DNA from: Eledone cirrhosa
Lineage: Eukaryota
Assembly: GCA_964016885.1 (NCBI GenBank)
Contig: OZ024752.1
Coordinates: 42,594,001 to 42,658,000, forward strand
Length of the DNA: 64,000 nucleotides
Direction of reading: 5' to 3'
Shown here: one piece after another, positions 26,962 to 39,687 of the stretch
How the letters are laid out: each line of letters opens with the position of its first letter
How positions within the stretch are numbered: position 1 is the stretch's first letter
The notes under the pieces: generated by a model
Databases searched by the model: none
Told to the model about the DNA's origin: nothing
Seen by the model: the letters and a program-made list of their open reading frames with translations, nothing else
Made by a program: the position numbers and the translations under genes

Positions 26962-27221
26962 AAGTCAGCTCAAAAGTGACACAGAGGAGACTGAGGTTAG
27001 CTGGACATGCTCACCGACATCCAGAGTTGACATTGCACTCAGTGCTCCTATGGGAGCCCCTACATGGACACACTAGAAGAGGAAGACCAAGATTAACATA
27101 TGTTGATGCCCTAAGGACAGACACTGGTCTATTGGAGACGCAGGACATGGCAGCGATAATGAGGGACAGAGACCGCTGGAGAGAACTCGTCCATGGATCT
27201 CGGGAATTTTACCCGCCTTAG
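26962..27221 (+). mobile_element. Second RTE-like LINE 3' fragment (also 12737-12959 minus and 57794-57987 plus)
   Basis: [39 protein letters not shown]; (TAGA)n tail in the other copies. Confidence 0.8.
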
Positions 27222-27240
27222 AATAGAAAAAAATATATAT

Positions 27241-27622
27241 AAAAACAAGGACGAATGGTTACTCCTTCATTACTTTTATTGGTTTGTGACGTGCGTTTTG
27301 CTATTGATCAGCTCAAGGTTCAATCTGTATCGATCTAGCCTGACTCTGGAATCAATGGCTCGTCGGACCTCTGCAGTAGTAATGACAGTACCACAGAGGT
27401 CCAACAAGCCATTGATTACAGAGTCAGGCTGGATCAGTACAGATCATACCTTCAGCTGATCAATAGCGAAACACGTGTCACCAACCAATAAAAGTAATGA
27501 AGGAGGAACCAGTCGTCCTTGTTTTATTAAACTACACTGTCTAGCTCTACACCGACGTGAACCTAAACATCGAGTGCTCACCCGAGTGAACTTACAGTAA
27601 CTCCGCATTACACTCCCTGGAT

Positions 27623-27625
<3 letters not shown>
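27241..27625 (+). mobile_element. Imperfect palindrome (about 285 bp) with hammerhead 3' half
   Basis: Arms centred near 27383; right arm has GAAA-CACGTG-TC-ACCAACC-AATAAA; tail has CATCGAGTGCTC, then (TA)n. Confidence 0.65.
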
Positions 27626-27679
<54 letters not shown>

Positions 27680-27791
27680 ACTGACAATATCAGAAAGTAA
27701 AAAGCGTTAAAAACTTTACTTTTCTCTGATATTATCTTTTCTCCAAGAAAAACTTTGTTCTTTATGTTTTCTATATGTTGCTTCTAATTGT

Positions 27792-27840
27792 CTGAAGAGG
27801 TCATAGCTGTTGAATTGTAGCTATCACCGAAATATATATA
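27792..27840 (+). ncRNA. Truncated hammerhead motif running into (TA)n
   Basis: CTGAAGA-GGTCATAGCT..AGCTATCACC-GAAA-TATATATA; the 3' strand of stem I is replaced by microsatellite. Confidence 0.55.
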
Positions 27841-27897
27841 TATATATATTTAACGGTAATGAAAGAAGTAAATTATGAAATGTTGACATATACTTCT

Positions 27898-27928
<31 letters not shown>

Positions 27929-28578
27929 CATTATCAGTCATCGTCGTTTAACGTCTATCTTTCACATTAGCATGGGTTAGACGGGTTTGTCCCATTTAGA
28001 GGCAAGTTGGGTTGAGTGACCATGTCTCGCTCATATAGGACTGTTTCTGGTTGGTTTTCTACGGCTGGATACCCTTCCTAGCGCCAACCACATTTACAGT
28101 TTACTATTCCCCAAATTCAAACCACCTCTTTATCCGACCAACTATTTTATAATTCTCCACATAGAAGGAGCAATAAAATTACTAAAAATACCCATATCTC
28201 ACACAGACACATACCTACCATAACAGAAGGAGGTACAAAATACCCACACGGTACACACCATAATAGAGGGAACATTATAACACCTTACCATGTCAAAGGG
28301 AGACATAAGATATCCACCCGCATTACACACCCCTACCAATATATCATGGTGCGTGGGGTGGAGGAAAGAAGAGCCCCTACCCTCATACCACACCGGAACT
28401 TATAAAACATCAAAAACTTTTAAATATCACAAAACCATGTATAAATGTAAAAAAAAATAATAAAAATGTAAAAAAAAATAATAAAAATGTAAAAAAAAAA
28501 AATAATAATAAAAAAAAAAACATTTTTAAAAGTCTATCATGGGAGAGAGGAGGAAAGTGATTCCCAGTTTCATTAATG

Positions 28579-30009
28579 TTAACCCTTTTAGCATTTACAT
28601 TACACTATATATATATATATACTATTGTATTTTCACAGTAAAGGCTTTATCTCACATAATATCGAATCTATGAGATTTTTATATTATTTATTTTGAGAAC
28701 AATAGCTTAACATGAGTATGAGCGGCCAGTTTGAAGAGGTGAGAGAATTCTGGCCAGTTACAGCCAGTTTGAACAGAAAGAGGTGAGAGAGAATTCTGGC
28801 CAGTTACAGCCAGTTTGAATAGAAAGAGGTGAGAGAGAATTCTGGCCAGTTACAGCCAGTTTGAACAGAAAGAGGTGAGAGAGAATTCTGGCCAGTTACA
28901 GCCAGTTTGAACAGAAAGAGGTGAGAGAATTCTGGCCAGTTACAGCCAGTTTGAACAGAAAGAGGTGAGAGAATTCTGGCCAGTTACAGCCAGTTTGAAC
29001 AGAAAGAGGTGAGAGAGAATTCTGGCCAGTTACAGCCAGTTTGAACAGAAAGAGGTGAGAGAGAATTCTGGCCAGTTACAGCCAGTTTGAACAGAAAGAG
29101 GTGAGAGAGAATTCTGGCCAGTTACAGCCAGTTTGAACAGAAAGAGGTGAGAGAGAATTCTGGCCAGTTACATCCAGTTTGAACAGAAAGAGGCGAGAGA
29201 GAATTCTGGCCAGTTACAGCCAGTTTGAACAGAAAGAGGTGAGAGAATTCTGGCCAGTTACAGCCAGTTTGAACAGAAAGAGGTGAGAGAGAATTCTGGC
29301 CAGTTACAGCCAGTTTGAACAGAAAGAGGTGAGAGAGAATTCTGGCCAGTTACATCCAGTTTGAACAGAAAGAGGTGAGAGAGAATTCTGGCCAGTTACA
29401 GCCAGTTTGAACAGAAAGAGGTGAGAGAGAATTCTGGCCAGTTACAGCCAGTTTGAACAGAAAGAGGTGAGAGAGAATTCTGGCCAGTTACAGCCAGTTT
29501 GAACAGAAAGAGGTGAGAGAGAATTCTGGCCAGTTACAGCCAGTTTGAACAGAAAGAGGTGAGAGAGAATTCTGGCCAGTTACAGCCAGTTTGAACAGAA
29601 AGAGGTGAGAGAGAATTCTGGCCAGTTACAGCCAGTTTGAACAGAAAGAGGTGAGAGAGAATTCTGGCCAGTTACAGCCAGTTTGAACAGAAAGAGGTGA
29701 GAGAGAATTCTGGCCAGTTACAGCCAGTTTGAACAGAAAGAGGTGAGAGAGAATTCTGGCCAGTTACAGCCAGTTTGAACAGAAAGAGGTGAGAGAGAAT
29801 TCTGGCCAGTTACAGCCAGTTTGAACAGAAAGAGGTGAGAGAGAATTCTGGCCAGTTACAGCCAGTTTGAACAGAAAGAGGTGAGAGAGAATTCTGGCCA
29901 GTTACAGCCAGTTTGAACAGAAAGAGGTGAGAGAATTCTGGCCAGTTACAGCCAGTTTGAACAGAAAGAGGTGAGAGAATTCTGGCCAGTTTAAATGCTA
30001 AAGGGTTAA
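28579..30009 (+). mobile_element. piggyBac-type (TTAA) MITE with an internal 44/46-bp satellite (about 27 copies)
   Basis: TTAA CCCTTTTAGCATTT ... AAATGCTAAAGGG TTAA; satellite unit GCCAGTTTGAACAGAAAGAGGTGAGAGAGAATTCTGGCCAGTTACA. Confidence 0.88.
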
Positions 30010-32174
30010 GGGACAGTGCAAAAGATTTAGTCAATTGTAACATGACAGTCATGTCCAAGAACATAATGTTGGGTCATTGGGTCATTTGCCATCTCATAAT
30101 GAAGCATAACTTATTGTGTATGCATTTAGGCATGTGTATGTGTGTGTTTGTACATGTATATAAGTGTGTAATTATGTGTATGTAGGTGCATGTGTATGTT
30201 TATACATGGTTGTGGAAGATTGTATGCATTAGGCATGTGTATGTGTAGTTATGTGTATGCATTTAGGTATGTGTATGTGTATAGTTGTATTAGTACATGT
30301 GTATGTAGGGTTGTGTGGGTTAGTACATGTGTGTGTGTGTGTAGAATTGTGCATGTATTTATACATGTGTATAGGTACAAGTATGTATTTAGGCATGTAT
30401 ATCTGTAGGTGCATGTGTGTTTGTGTCTGTGTTAAAATTAACCCATATTTGCCCTTGTCAAATGCATATGTAGGTGTATGTGTGTGTGTGTTAATGTTAA
30501 CCCATATTTGCCCTTGTCAAATGCATATGTAGGTGCATGTGTGTTTGTGTCTGTGTTGCCCTTGTCAAATGCATATTTAGATGCATGTGTGTTTGTGTGT
30601 GTTAAAGTTAACCCATATTTGCCCTTGTCAAATGCATATGTAGGTGCATGTGTGTTTGTGTCTGTGTTAAAGTTAACCTATATTTGCCCTTGTCAAATGC
30701 ATGAATGCTGCCATGAATTTAAAGTATTTTTATCATTATTACAATTATGATTTACTAATATACAATAGCATAAATATAATTATTTTACATGGAAAACTAT
30801 AGAAATTGAAGCAGAAAATCATAGTTTTGTCCATTCTTCTGTCTTACAACTAGTGACACATACTTCACAGTGAAAATGTTATATTATACAATATATACAT
30901 GTGTATGTATATATATATGTGTGTTTGTATGTATATATATATATATGTGTGTGTGTTTATATATTTATATATATATGTATATATATATATATATATGCAC
31001 ATACATACATACATATACATATGTATATACACAAATTATATATATACACACATGTATATACAGATATATATACAGATATATACATATGTATATACACACA
31101 CACATTATATATATATATAATACAAGATCTAAAGATACAATATTGTGTTCAACACAAATTTAAAAAAAACAAAAAATATATAATTTAAAAAAAAATTCAT
31201 TTTACCCCATATTTAATGATACTCCACCCCTTACAAACAATATTTTGGGGGTTTCCTTAATATAAGAAACATTACAGAAAATGAAAATTAACAGAAATAA
31301 TTTAAAAATTTAAAAATTTGTTAAAATCTGTTCCAAGCCCAGAGTTTCATCAGGCTGGAATTTATCCCAGTTTCATTAGTGTTAAGTGACAGAGTACAAG
31401 CTTCACCTCGCCCACAAACAGGATGCTAGTTCATCACAATGTTAAAATGGGTCCATGAAGCTAGAGCTTACTCCACCTTCATTGGCATCATGTAACTGAG
31501 AGTATATGACTCTCCACTGGACAGAACACTCATCCATGAAAAGGTTAACTAACCCCAACCACCCCAAACTAATGCTGCTGGTACTCATTTTTTGGTTTCC
31601 AGCTGAGTGCACTGGAGCAATGTGAAATGAAGTGTCTTGCTGAAGGACACAAATGTGCCAACTGGTTTAGGAATTGATCCAATGACCTTATGATCATCAG
31701 CCCAACACCCTAATCACTAAGCCACATGTCTACACAAATTAAGAACAGAAAATAAAAAAAGAGGCTGGATATAATACAATTTAATTGAGTACTGTTGTCC
31801 AAGAGTAATTCAATTATAAATTACCGTATTTCCTGGCGTGAAAGATGCTAGTTTTTTCCTAAAATAAGTCTAAAAAATCTACCATGTGCCCGGGAGGCCA
31901 AAGGTTGTTTATTAGCTTTTTTCAAATTTTTGGTTGTCAAAATTAGACTGCGTCCTTGAGGACGAAGTGTCTTTGGCGCCGGTAAATACATACATACACA
32001 CACATATATATATATATATATAGTACAGATTAAAGTTTAAGCAAAGAATTTCTGCTATCACCCTCTATGGGATCTTCTGAAACTTTCAGAAGATCCCTTA
32101 TAAGATGAAAGCAAAAATTCTTTGCTTAAACTTTAATCTGTAGTAATAATAAATATTTGCTCTATGGGTTTATG

Positions 32175-32228
<54 letters not shown>

Positions 32229-32265
32229 ATATCCTTATCAAACCCTCTTTGGATTTTGGTCTTGT

Positions 32266-32310
<45 letters not shown>

Positions 32311-33545
32311 ATTGAAATGCATATTAACCTTTAGGAGGCTGAATTTTTTTATGAATTACTTCCCTTGATATCGTATTATATATTAAGGGGAGGTTACTCT
32401 ATCGGCGACTTATGTTGCCGACAGCGCCAAGAGGGTTAAGATCATTGCAACCATATGTTTGTTTGTTTTTAATTTCTTACAAAAATTGAAATAATTGAAC
32501 AATAATGATTATTTACAAAATGAACATAATAGCAAAAAGATATTAAAATTCAAAGAAAAATTTCAGTAGAAATCTAAAAAAAAATATAAAAAACTTGAAT
32601 AAAATAATAAAGATATCTTTTTTTTTTTTTACAAAATATAAAATTACATTGAAACTTTGTCAGCATGTGTGTGTGAGTGAGTGCGTATGTGAGTGTGTAG
32701 GTGTGTGTGTGTGATTGAGTGAGAGTGTGTATGTGTATGTGAGTATGTATGAGTGAATATGTGTGTGTGAGAGTATGTGTGTATGAGTGAATGTGTGTGT
32801 GAGAGTATGTGAGTGAGTGTGTGTGTGTGTGAGAGTATGTGAGTGAGTGAGTGAGTGTGTGTGTGTGTGTGTGTATGTGTTGTGTGTGTGTATGTGTTGT
32901 GTGTGAGTATGTGTTTGCATGAGTGATTGTGTGTGTTTGTGCTTATTTCCATTTCATATACTGTTATTTGTGCTCTTTTGTCAAAATCAGGAAGAATTTG
33001 AATTTTAAAAAAATAAAAACTCGACTCTTAGCATCTGTAATGATTTAGCAGAAGATGTTACAAAACATGTTTGTTAATTCAAATGTTTATAGTATCTTTA
33101 CTAGAGGACAGATTATTGTGAAAATTTGTAGTATTAGACTAAAGATTTTAATTTATAATGTGAATTCAAATATTTATAGTATCTTTACTAGCAGACAGAT
33201 CATAGCAAAAATTGATAGCATTACATTAAAGACTTTCATCTTTAATGTAATGCAGTCATATCAATGTATTGTACTTTTTAAGAATGTCTTGCTTATGTGG
33301 TTTCATGTGGTGTGTTAATTCAAATGTTTATAGTATCTTTACTAGGGGACAGATTGTTGTAAAGATTTGTAATATTAGAGTAAAGATGTTGATGTTTAAT
33401 GTGATGTAAGTCATGGTGGTGTTTTATAATTTTCAAGAATGTCTTGTTAATGTGGTTTCATGCAGTACAAGATGTTAAGAGTTAAAGTAAGGAAAATAAA
33501 ATACATGACACTAAGAGGTTCAAAAGTCTTCTTTTAATATTCTTC

Positions 33546-33667
33546 CTATTCCTCATCTTCGTCCTCCAGCTGGCTCCAAGCCTCTTCTGCCAGGGCATAA
33601 TAATGGCAAGCCATTCTACCATTCATAGCTTCTGTTGCTGCATCAGCTGCCTCAGTATATAAGTCTC
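33546..33667 (-). CDS. EEF2K: eEF2 kinase, last coding exon
   Basis: (G)DLYTEAADAATEAMNGRMACHYYALAEEAWSQLEDEDEE* matches the conserved eEF2K C-terminus (YY.AEEAW); TAG at 33546-33548. Confidence 0.96.
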
Positions 33668-33724
33668 CTGTGAGAGGAAGGAACAATGGAGAGATTGGTT
33701 ACAGAAATGGATTTTACTTGCCCT

Positions 33725-34165
33725 CAACTCATACAAGCTCTGCTCACACTTGGCCTAAACAAACTCCACTCACACACTTGACCTAAACAAGCTCCACTCA
33801 CACTCGACCTATACAAGCTCTTCTCACACTCGACCTATACAAGCTCCTCTCACACACTCGGCCTATGCAAGCTCCACTCACACTCAACCTATACAAGCTC
33901 CGCTCACTCGACCTATACAAGCTCCACTCACACTCGTGCTATACAAGCTCCGCTCACACACTTGACCTATACAAGCTCCACTCACACTCGACCTATGCAA
34001 GCTCCACTCACACTCGACCTATACAAAGATCCAGTAACACTTGACCTGAAGAAGCTCCACTTACTCGACCTATACAAGCTCCCCTCACACTCGACCTATA
34101 CAGGCTCCACTCACACTCGACCTATACAGGCTCCACTCACACTTGACCTATACAAGCTCCACTCA
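33725..34165. repeat. Degenerate 26-28 bp minisatellite in the last EEF2K intron
   Basis: Unit about CACTCGACCTATACAAGCTCCACTCA. Confidence 0.85.
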
Positions 34166-34274
34166 TATTAAACACGAGCCGTGTCTGTCTTCATTTCATC
34201 TGACTTCACTCATATCTCAACTCACTGGGGGTTTCACTCATACTTACCAGCGCTAACAAAATAAAATAAATTAC

Positions 34275-34453
34275 CTGCTTTCTGAGGGTCCTTCTCAATG
34301 CCAAAACCTCCAATGTTGTAGATGTTGGCCTGTGCTGCCAGTAACAGATGTAAAGGACTGTGCATTGTTGAATCAAACAATTCAGAAGAATTGCCCATTA
34401 AACTGTGGATTGCTTTATCATACCAGTGAATTGCTTTCTCCCAGGACTTGCTC
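34275..34453 (-). CDS. EEF2K: eEF2 kinase, coding exon 10
   Basis: SKSWEKAIHWYDKAIHSLMGNSSELFDSTMHSPLHLLLAAQANIYNIGGFGIEKDPQKA(G); phases match both neighbours. Confidence 0.93.
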
Positions 34454-35164
34454 CTGTCAAACAAAATTCCCATCATAAACTCAAAGTCGAAAGAAAGAGA
34501 GAGAAAAGAATAAACACAACAAGCATTTTAAGGTCTTGTGGGCTCCAAGACTCTTCATTACTCATCATGGGGTCCTTTTTGAGGAAATTTTTTATGGACA
34601 GATGCCCTTCCTGGTGCCAACCATTATCGCCATTTCTTATGAGCTGCAAGTGTACAGAGTACCAATTCTGCACTGGATAGAGTCCTCAAAAGAACATAAT
34701 TGTTTCTACGTTTGGCACAAGGCCAGCAATTACCTCAGTGCATTACTGGTACTTTATTTTATCGACCCGCCGTAAGGATGAAATGTAAAGTTAACCTCGG
34801 CAGGATTTGAACTCAGACCGTAAAGGGCCGTAGCTTCGTGCTGCAAAGCATGGCGTCCGACCCTCTACCGATACTGCCAATCCATCAAAAGAATATAATA
34901 CAATGGGTTCATTTTATCATAGCCCCAACACTCCCCCCCATCAAACAATTACTTACATTTAATAGCTAAGTCATCATTCCTGTTCCTTAACTCTTATGAT
35001 TTAGCAGAAAATATCTAAAGACAGGCTAGTCAATTCAAATGTTTATAGTATCTTTACTAGTGATCAGATTGTTGAAAATATTTTAGATTTCAATCTGATA
35101 AAGTCATAAGTGCTGTTTTATACTTTTCAAGAATGACATGCATATGTAGTTCTATCATCATTCA

Positions 35165-35504
35165 TCATCATCATTTCATTTTACGTCTGCTTTTTCCCTG
35201 CTTGCAAGGGTGGGACGGGAACTGATTCTGGCTTGATTTCTACAGCTGGATGCCCTTCCTAACACCAACCTCATTTACAGTGAGTGCTGGGTGCTTTTTT
35301 GCCGTGGCACCTCCACAACCACTTTACAGTGGAATGATAGGGACCCCAGTCCCTATCATCTCATTTGTACAGCTGAGTAAACTGGAGCAATGTGAAATAA
35401 AGTGTCTTGCTCAAGGAAACAACACATCACCCGGTCTGAGAATTGAACTCACAACCTTTCGATTGCAAGGCCAATGCTCTAACCACTAAGCCATGTGCCT
35501 CCAT
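35165..35504 (-). mobile_element. tRNA-derived SINE, near-identical to 12362-12706
   Basis: Same head, body and tail. Confidence 0.85.
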
Positions 35505-35680
35505 ATGTGGTACAAAATGTTTAGAGTTAATGCTATCGTAATTAATACAAACAAATACTAGTCTAATGTGGTTTCAAGTGGTACAGGATGTTAAAAGTTA
35601 ATCAATCAATCAGTTATATTACTGCATTGCTGTGCTAATTGTGGATGACAAATATTTAAAATCTCTTTTCCTAAATAATA

Positions 35681-35760
35681 TACAGGGTGTCCCAAAAATG
35701 TATACACATATTTATTAGAATTCTGTTGAAATGTGTATACAATTTTGGGGACACCATGTA
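35681..35760. mobile_element. Tiny Tc1-type MITE (also 62433-62540)
   Basis: TA-CAGGGTGTCCCAAAAATGTATACACA / TGTGTATACAATTTTGGGGACACCATG-TA. Confidence 0.7.
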
Positions 35761-35801
35761 TAATATGATTTACTTTAATCAAAGAGAAATAGTTGTCTGA
35801 C

Positions 35802-35917
35802 CTGTAAGATCCAAGGTTATTTCCAGTCTCGTAAGCTTTTGCAATGTACAACATGGCATCACGATCCCCTCTTTCAGCAGCATTGCTCATATAATCAAGG
35901 CCTTTATTTTGGTCAAC
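35802..35917 (-). CDS. EEF2K: eEF2 kinase, coding exon 9
   Basis: VDQNKGLDYMSNAAERGDRDAMLYIAKAYETGNNLGSY(R), SEL1-like; AG|GTCAGA donor, phase 2. Confidence 0.93.
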
Positions 35918-36457
35918 CTGAGAAGTATAGAAAGCCATATAATGGATCTTGTTTAACCTTCTGGAAGCTACAGGTGCATGTATGTGACTGATAGAGTAAT
36001 CTCCCCTTAATAATGTAGTGACAAGGGAAGCTATTCATAAAATTTTTTAGCGTGCTGAAGATTAAGAGAGTTGCTAGATTATATAGTTAATAAATGAAAC
36101 AAAACAAAACTCAGGAGGCAAAATTACACAGTTATATTAGGTTAACACTTGGAGGAAGTGGACCTGAATAATTACGCAGAAAACGGATCACCAAGGATTT
36201 ACCAGCCTTCGGATTGCCAGACTTTGTACTGCCCTCGCACTACTAGATTATATATATTGACGGCGGGAGCTAAGCTTATTATTAAATTTATTAAGGGCTT
36301 TTGATGTTAGCATTTCTTCAACTTTAATTTAAATATCAAAAAGTACAGTAAAAACAATAATATACACACAAAACATCTTTTTTTTTTTATCATGAAATAT
36401 TGCACATTAGAAAATTTAACAAAGCAGAAAATTAAAAACATAAAAAAAGTTACTCAC

Positions 36458-36649
36458 TTCCACTGGACAGTCAACTAAAATGTCCCTCTGTAGACCGAGA
36501 TAAATCCTGGCCAAAGAGATGATGGCTTCCAAAGTGCCCAATTCTGCTGCATGTTCTTCATGGTAGAGAGCTGATGCCCAGTCAATTGGAGAATTAGAAT
36601 CTTTCTTAAATCTTCCCAATTCATAGTATTTACCAATTTCATGGTGGAC
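36458..36649 (-). CDS. EEF2K: eEF2 kinase, coding exon 8 (SEL1-like repeats)
   Basis: VHHEIGKYYELGRFKKDSNSPIDWASALYHEEHAAELGTLEAIISLARIYLGLQRDILVDCPVE; GAA|GTGAGT donor. Confidence 0.94.
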
Positions 36650-36691
36650 CTACAAGAAATTGTTTTTTCTTGTTCAGTAAGTAGCACATAT

Positions 36692-36920
36692 TTAACCTTT
36701 TAGCATCTAAACCGGCCATATTCGGCCAAAGTTTTCTCACCTCTTTCTGTCCAAACTGGCTGTAACCAGCCGCTTATACTGATGTTAAGGTATTGTTCTC
36801 AAAATAAATAACATCAAAGTCTCATAGATTTGAAATTATGTGAGATAATTATGTAAGATAAAGCCTTTACCACAGAAATACAATAGTAAATATAGAGTAA
36901 TGTAAAGGTTAAAGGGTTAA
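36692..36920 (-). mobile_element. TTAA MITE, unit-length copy (EEF2K intron)
   Basis: Same internal sequence and termini as 510-736. Confidence 0.82.
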
Positions 36921-37117
36921 TACAAACTTCTTTTAACCCTTTTGTTACCATATTTTTAATAAAGTAACTTTTAAACTAATTAAGAATTTTAAGTTCAGTA
37001 ATTTTCTTATGAATACGAGTCCTTACATCTAGTTTGTAACATAAAACACATTTTGGTAGTTTCCACAAAGCCCATTAAATTTTAAATAAATACAACTAAA
37101 AGAAAATAAGTTATTAC

Positions 37118-37243
37118 CATTCCAAGAATATGCCATGATTCTTCATAAGGACTGTTGCATCTTTCAAAACTTATTCTGCCATTTACACATGACGGACGAT
37201 GATATTTGCCAGCTATTTCATTGAAAGCCATTCTTTCTTCCTC
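37118..37243 (-). CDS. EEF2K: eEF2 kinase, coding exon 7
   Basis: EEERMAFNEIAGKYHRPSCVNGRISFERCNSPYEESWHILGM; HRPSCV aligns to the human Ser500 site region; GT-AG in phase. Confidence 0.9.
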
Positions 37244-37777
37244 CTGGAGAAGAATTAAAAACAAACAAAATTAAGCTTTTAGTAATCTGGATTCAACTAA
37301 AGCAGTTTTTAACCCTTTCATTACCACATTTCTAATGAAAGATACTGCCTATGATTTTCAATTTGATTTGAAAGTAATCTAGAATTTGGAAGGATTTAGT
37401 AATATAACTAACTTTCTCATTGTTAAGTTGGTGTTTGGAACATAACTTAACAAAGGTTCTTATATAAAATTATGATGGAGGATTTTAGATAAATATAAAC
37501 ACTTTAACCCTTTTGTTACCATACTTTTAATGACAGACACTATGTACGATTTTCAAATGATTTTGAAAATAATAAGAATTTTGAGAGATTTAGTAAGATA
37601 ACTTTCTCATTACTAAGTTGATGTTTGAAACATAACTTAACAAGGGTTGCTACATAAAAATTATGATGAAAGGCTTTTAGATAAATATAAACATTTCAAA
37701 ATAACAGTTTTGTAATGTAGAAACAGGGGAGGTTTCAAGAAGTTAAATAACAAAAAGATTAAGCAGCAAATATATAC

Positions 37778-38134
37778 CTCTGTCATGGAATTTTCAGATT
37801 CACTAAAGTAACGCTGTCGTGTATATCTAAAGCATGGAATTGGACTTCCAAAAGACATTGGTTCCTCGTCATTACTTAAACTGCCGTTACTGTTCAAAGG
37901 AGAATGTCTTCCATTAGCATTCAATGGTGAAATCATTCCATTAGAGCTCAGAGGTGAATGTCTTTCATTACTGCTGAAAGGTGATTGTCTTTCGTTACTG
38001 CTGAAAGGTGAATGTCTTTCGTTACTGCTGAGCGGTGAGTGCATGCCTGAACTGAAGAAATCGTGAACATCCACAGGTGAACCACATATCACTGTCTCCT
38101 CTGTACCACGGACGACTGTCATGGGAGATTCACT
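37778..38134 (-). CDS. EEF2K: eEF2 kinase, coding exon 6 (regulatory loop)
   Basis: SESPMTVVRGTEETVICGSP resembles human TILRGTEEKCGSP (Thr348/Ser359 region); ttctag| acceptor, GAG|GTATAT donor; phase 0. Confidence 0.9.
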
Positions 38135-39065
38135 CTAGAAATAGAAAAATATATGGAAACTTCTAGAAAAGAAAAACCACAAGCCAGAAAGGGTCTCTAT
38201 AAAACGAAATAGAAAAACATATGGAAACTTCTAGAAAAAAAATAACACAAGCCAGAAAGCGTCTCTATAAAACGAAATAGAAAAACATATGGAAACTTCT
38301 AGAAAAAAAATAACACAAGCCAGAAAGGGTCTCTATAAAACGAAATAGAAAAATATATGGAAACTTCTAGAAAAAAATAATAACAACAACACAGAAGCCA
38401 GAAAGATCTCTATAAAACTTACATAATCATCATCATCATCATCATCAACGTTTAACGTCCGTGTTCCATGCTTGCATAGGTAGAGTGTTGTGTATGTATA
38501 TATGTGTGAGAGTGCTGTGTATATATATGAGAGTGCTGTGTATGTATATATATATGTGTGAGAGTGCTGTATGTGTGAGAGTGCTGTATATGTGAGAGTG
38601 CTGTGTATATATATGTGAGAGTGCTGTGTATATGTGTGAGAGTGCTGTGTATATATATGTGAGAGTGCTGTGTATGTATATGTGAGAGTGCTGTGTATGT
38701 ATATATATGTGTGAGAGTGCTGTATGTGTGAGAGTGCTGTATATGTGAGAGTGTTCTGTATGTATGTGTGAGAGTGTGTGTATGTATATATATGTGAGAG
38801 TACTGTATATGTGAGAGTGTTGTGTATGTATGTGTGAGAGTGTATGTATATATATATATGTGAGAGTGCTGTATATGTGAGAGTGCTGTGTATGTATGTA
38901 TGTGTGAGAGGGTGTGTATGTATATATATATGTGAGAGTACTGTATATATGAGAGTGTTGTGTATGTATATATGTGTAAGAGTACTGTGTATGTGTGTAG
39001 AACATATACAATATATTATGGACTAATACTGAAGAACACTAACAAAGAAACCAAATGGTAGCTAC

Positions 39066-39326
39066 CATAATATGGATTGGTAGACCTTGAATTCTTTTTT
39101 CCTCGGAAGACAAATCAAATGGTGAGAGTTTCAGAGACTTGCAGATGGAATTGCAGCGATGTGAATGAAAAAACAACGCCATCCCTTTTGTTCCCAAATT
39201 ACCGTCACCATATTCATTTCCATCAGCCGTGTGGATTTGAGGGTCTGTATAAAGATCTCCAACACCCTGGATATCAACTACAATCATTCCATGACCTGAA
39301 CGTTCAAAGGTAAAATGACTGAAAGC
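39066..39326 (-). CDS. EEF2K: eEF2 kinase, coding exon 5
   Basis: [67 protein letters not shown]: catalytic DIQG, TDPQI, GDGNLG and zinc-binding H..C..C motifs. Confidence 0.96.
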
Positions 39327-39687
39327 CTGGAATTAAGAAGAAAAAAAAAAAAAAAAAAAAAAAAAACTATAAACATCCAGTTGATTTACAAAGCATTTGG
39401 AAATTTTAAAATGTAGTCATTCCAATGCAGATAACTATAATAATAGCTCGTCCCTTTAAATAATAGTTGAAAAATATCAGGTAAAGTACCCCTGAAGACG
39501 AATAAAAGTGGATAGAAACTACCTAGAAAAATTACCACTTATTCTAAACCCCCCCCCCCCCCCCTATTATTTGGAACCCGAGAGTCCCAATAAAATTCAT
39601 TTAGTGAAAAACAAGTTCAAAATAATGATCTTGATAGCTGCAGCATTACCTGTATTCTAATGAGAGAAAATACAAGAGAATTCTCAC

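Noticed and set aside
13480-30000. CRISPR-like appearance of the regular arrays
   Set aside because: Units are head-to-tail with no unique spacers, there are no cas genes, and the context is eukaryotic.
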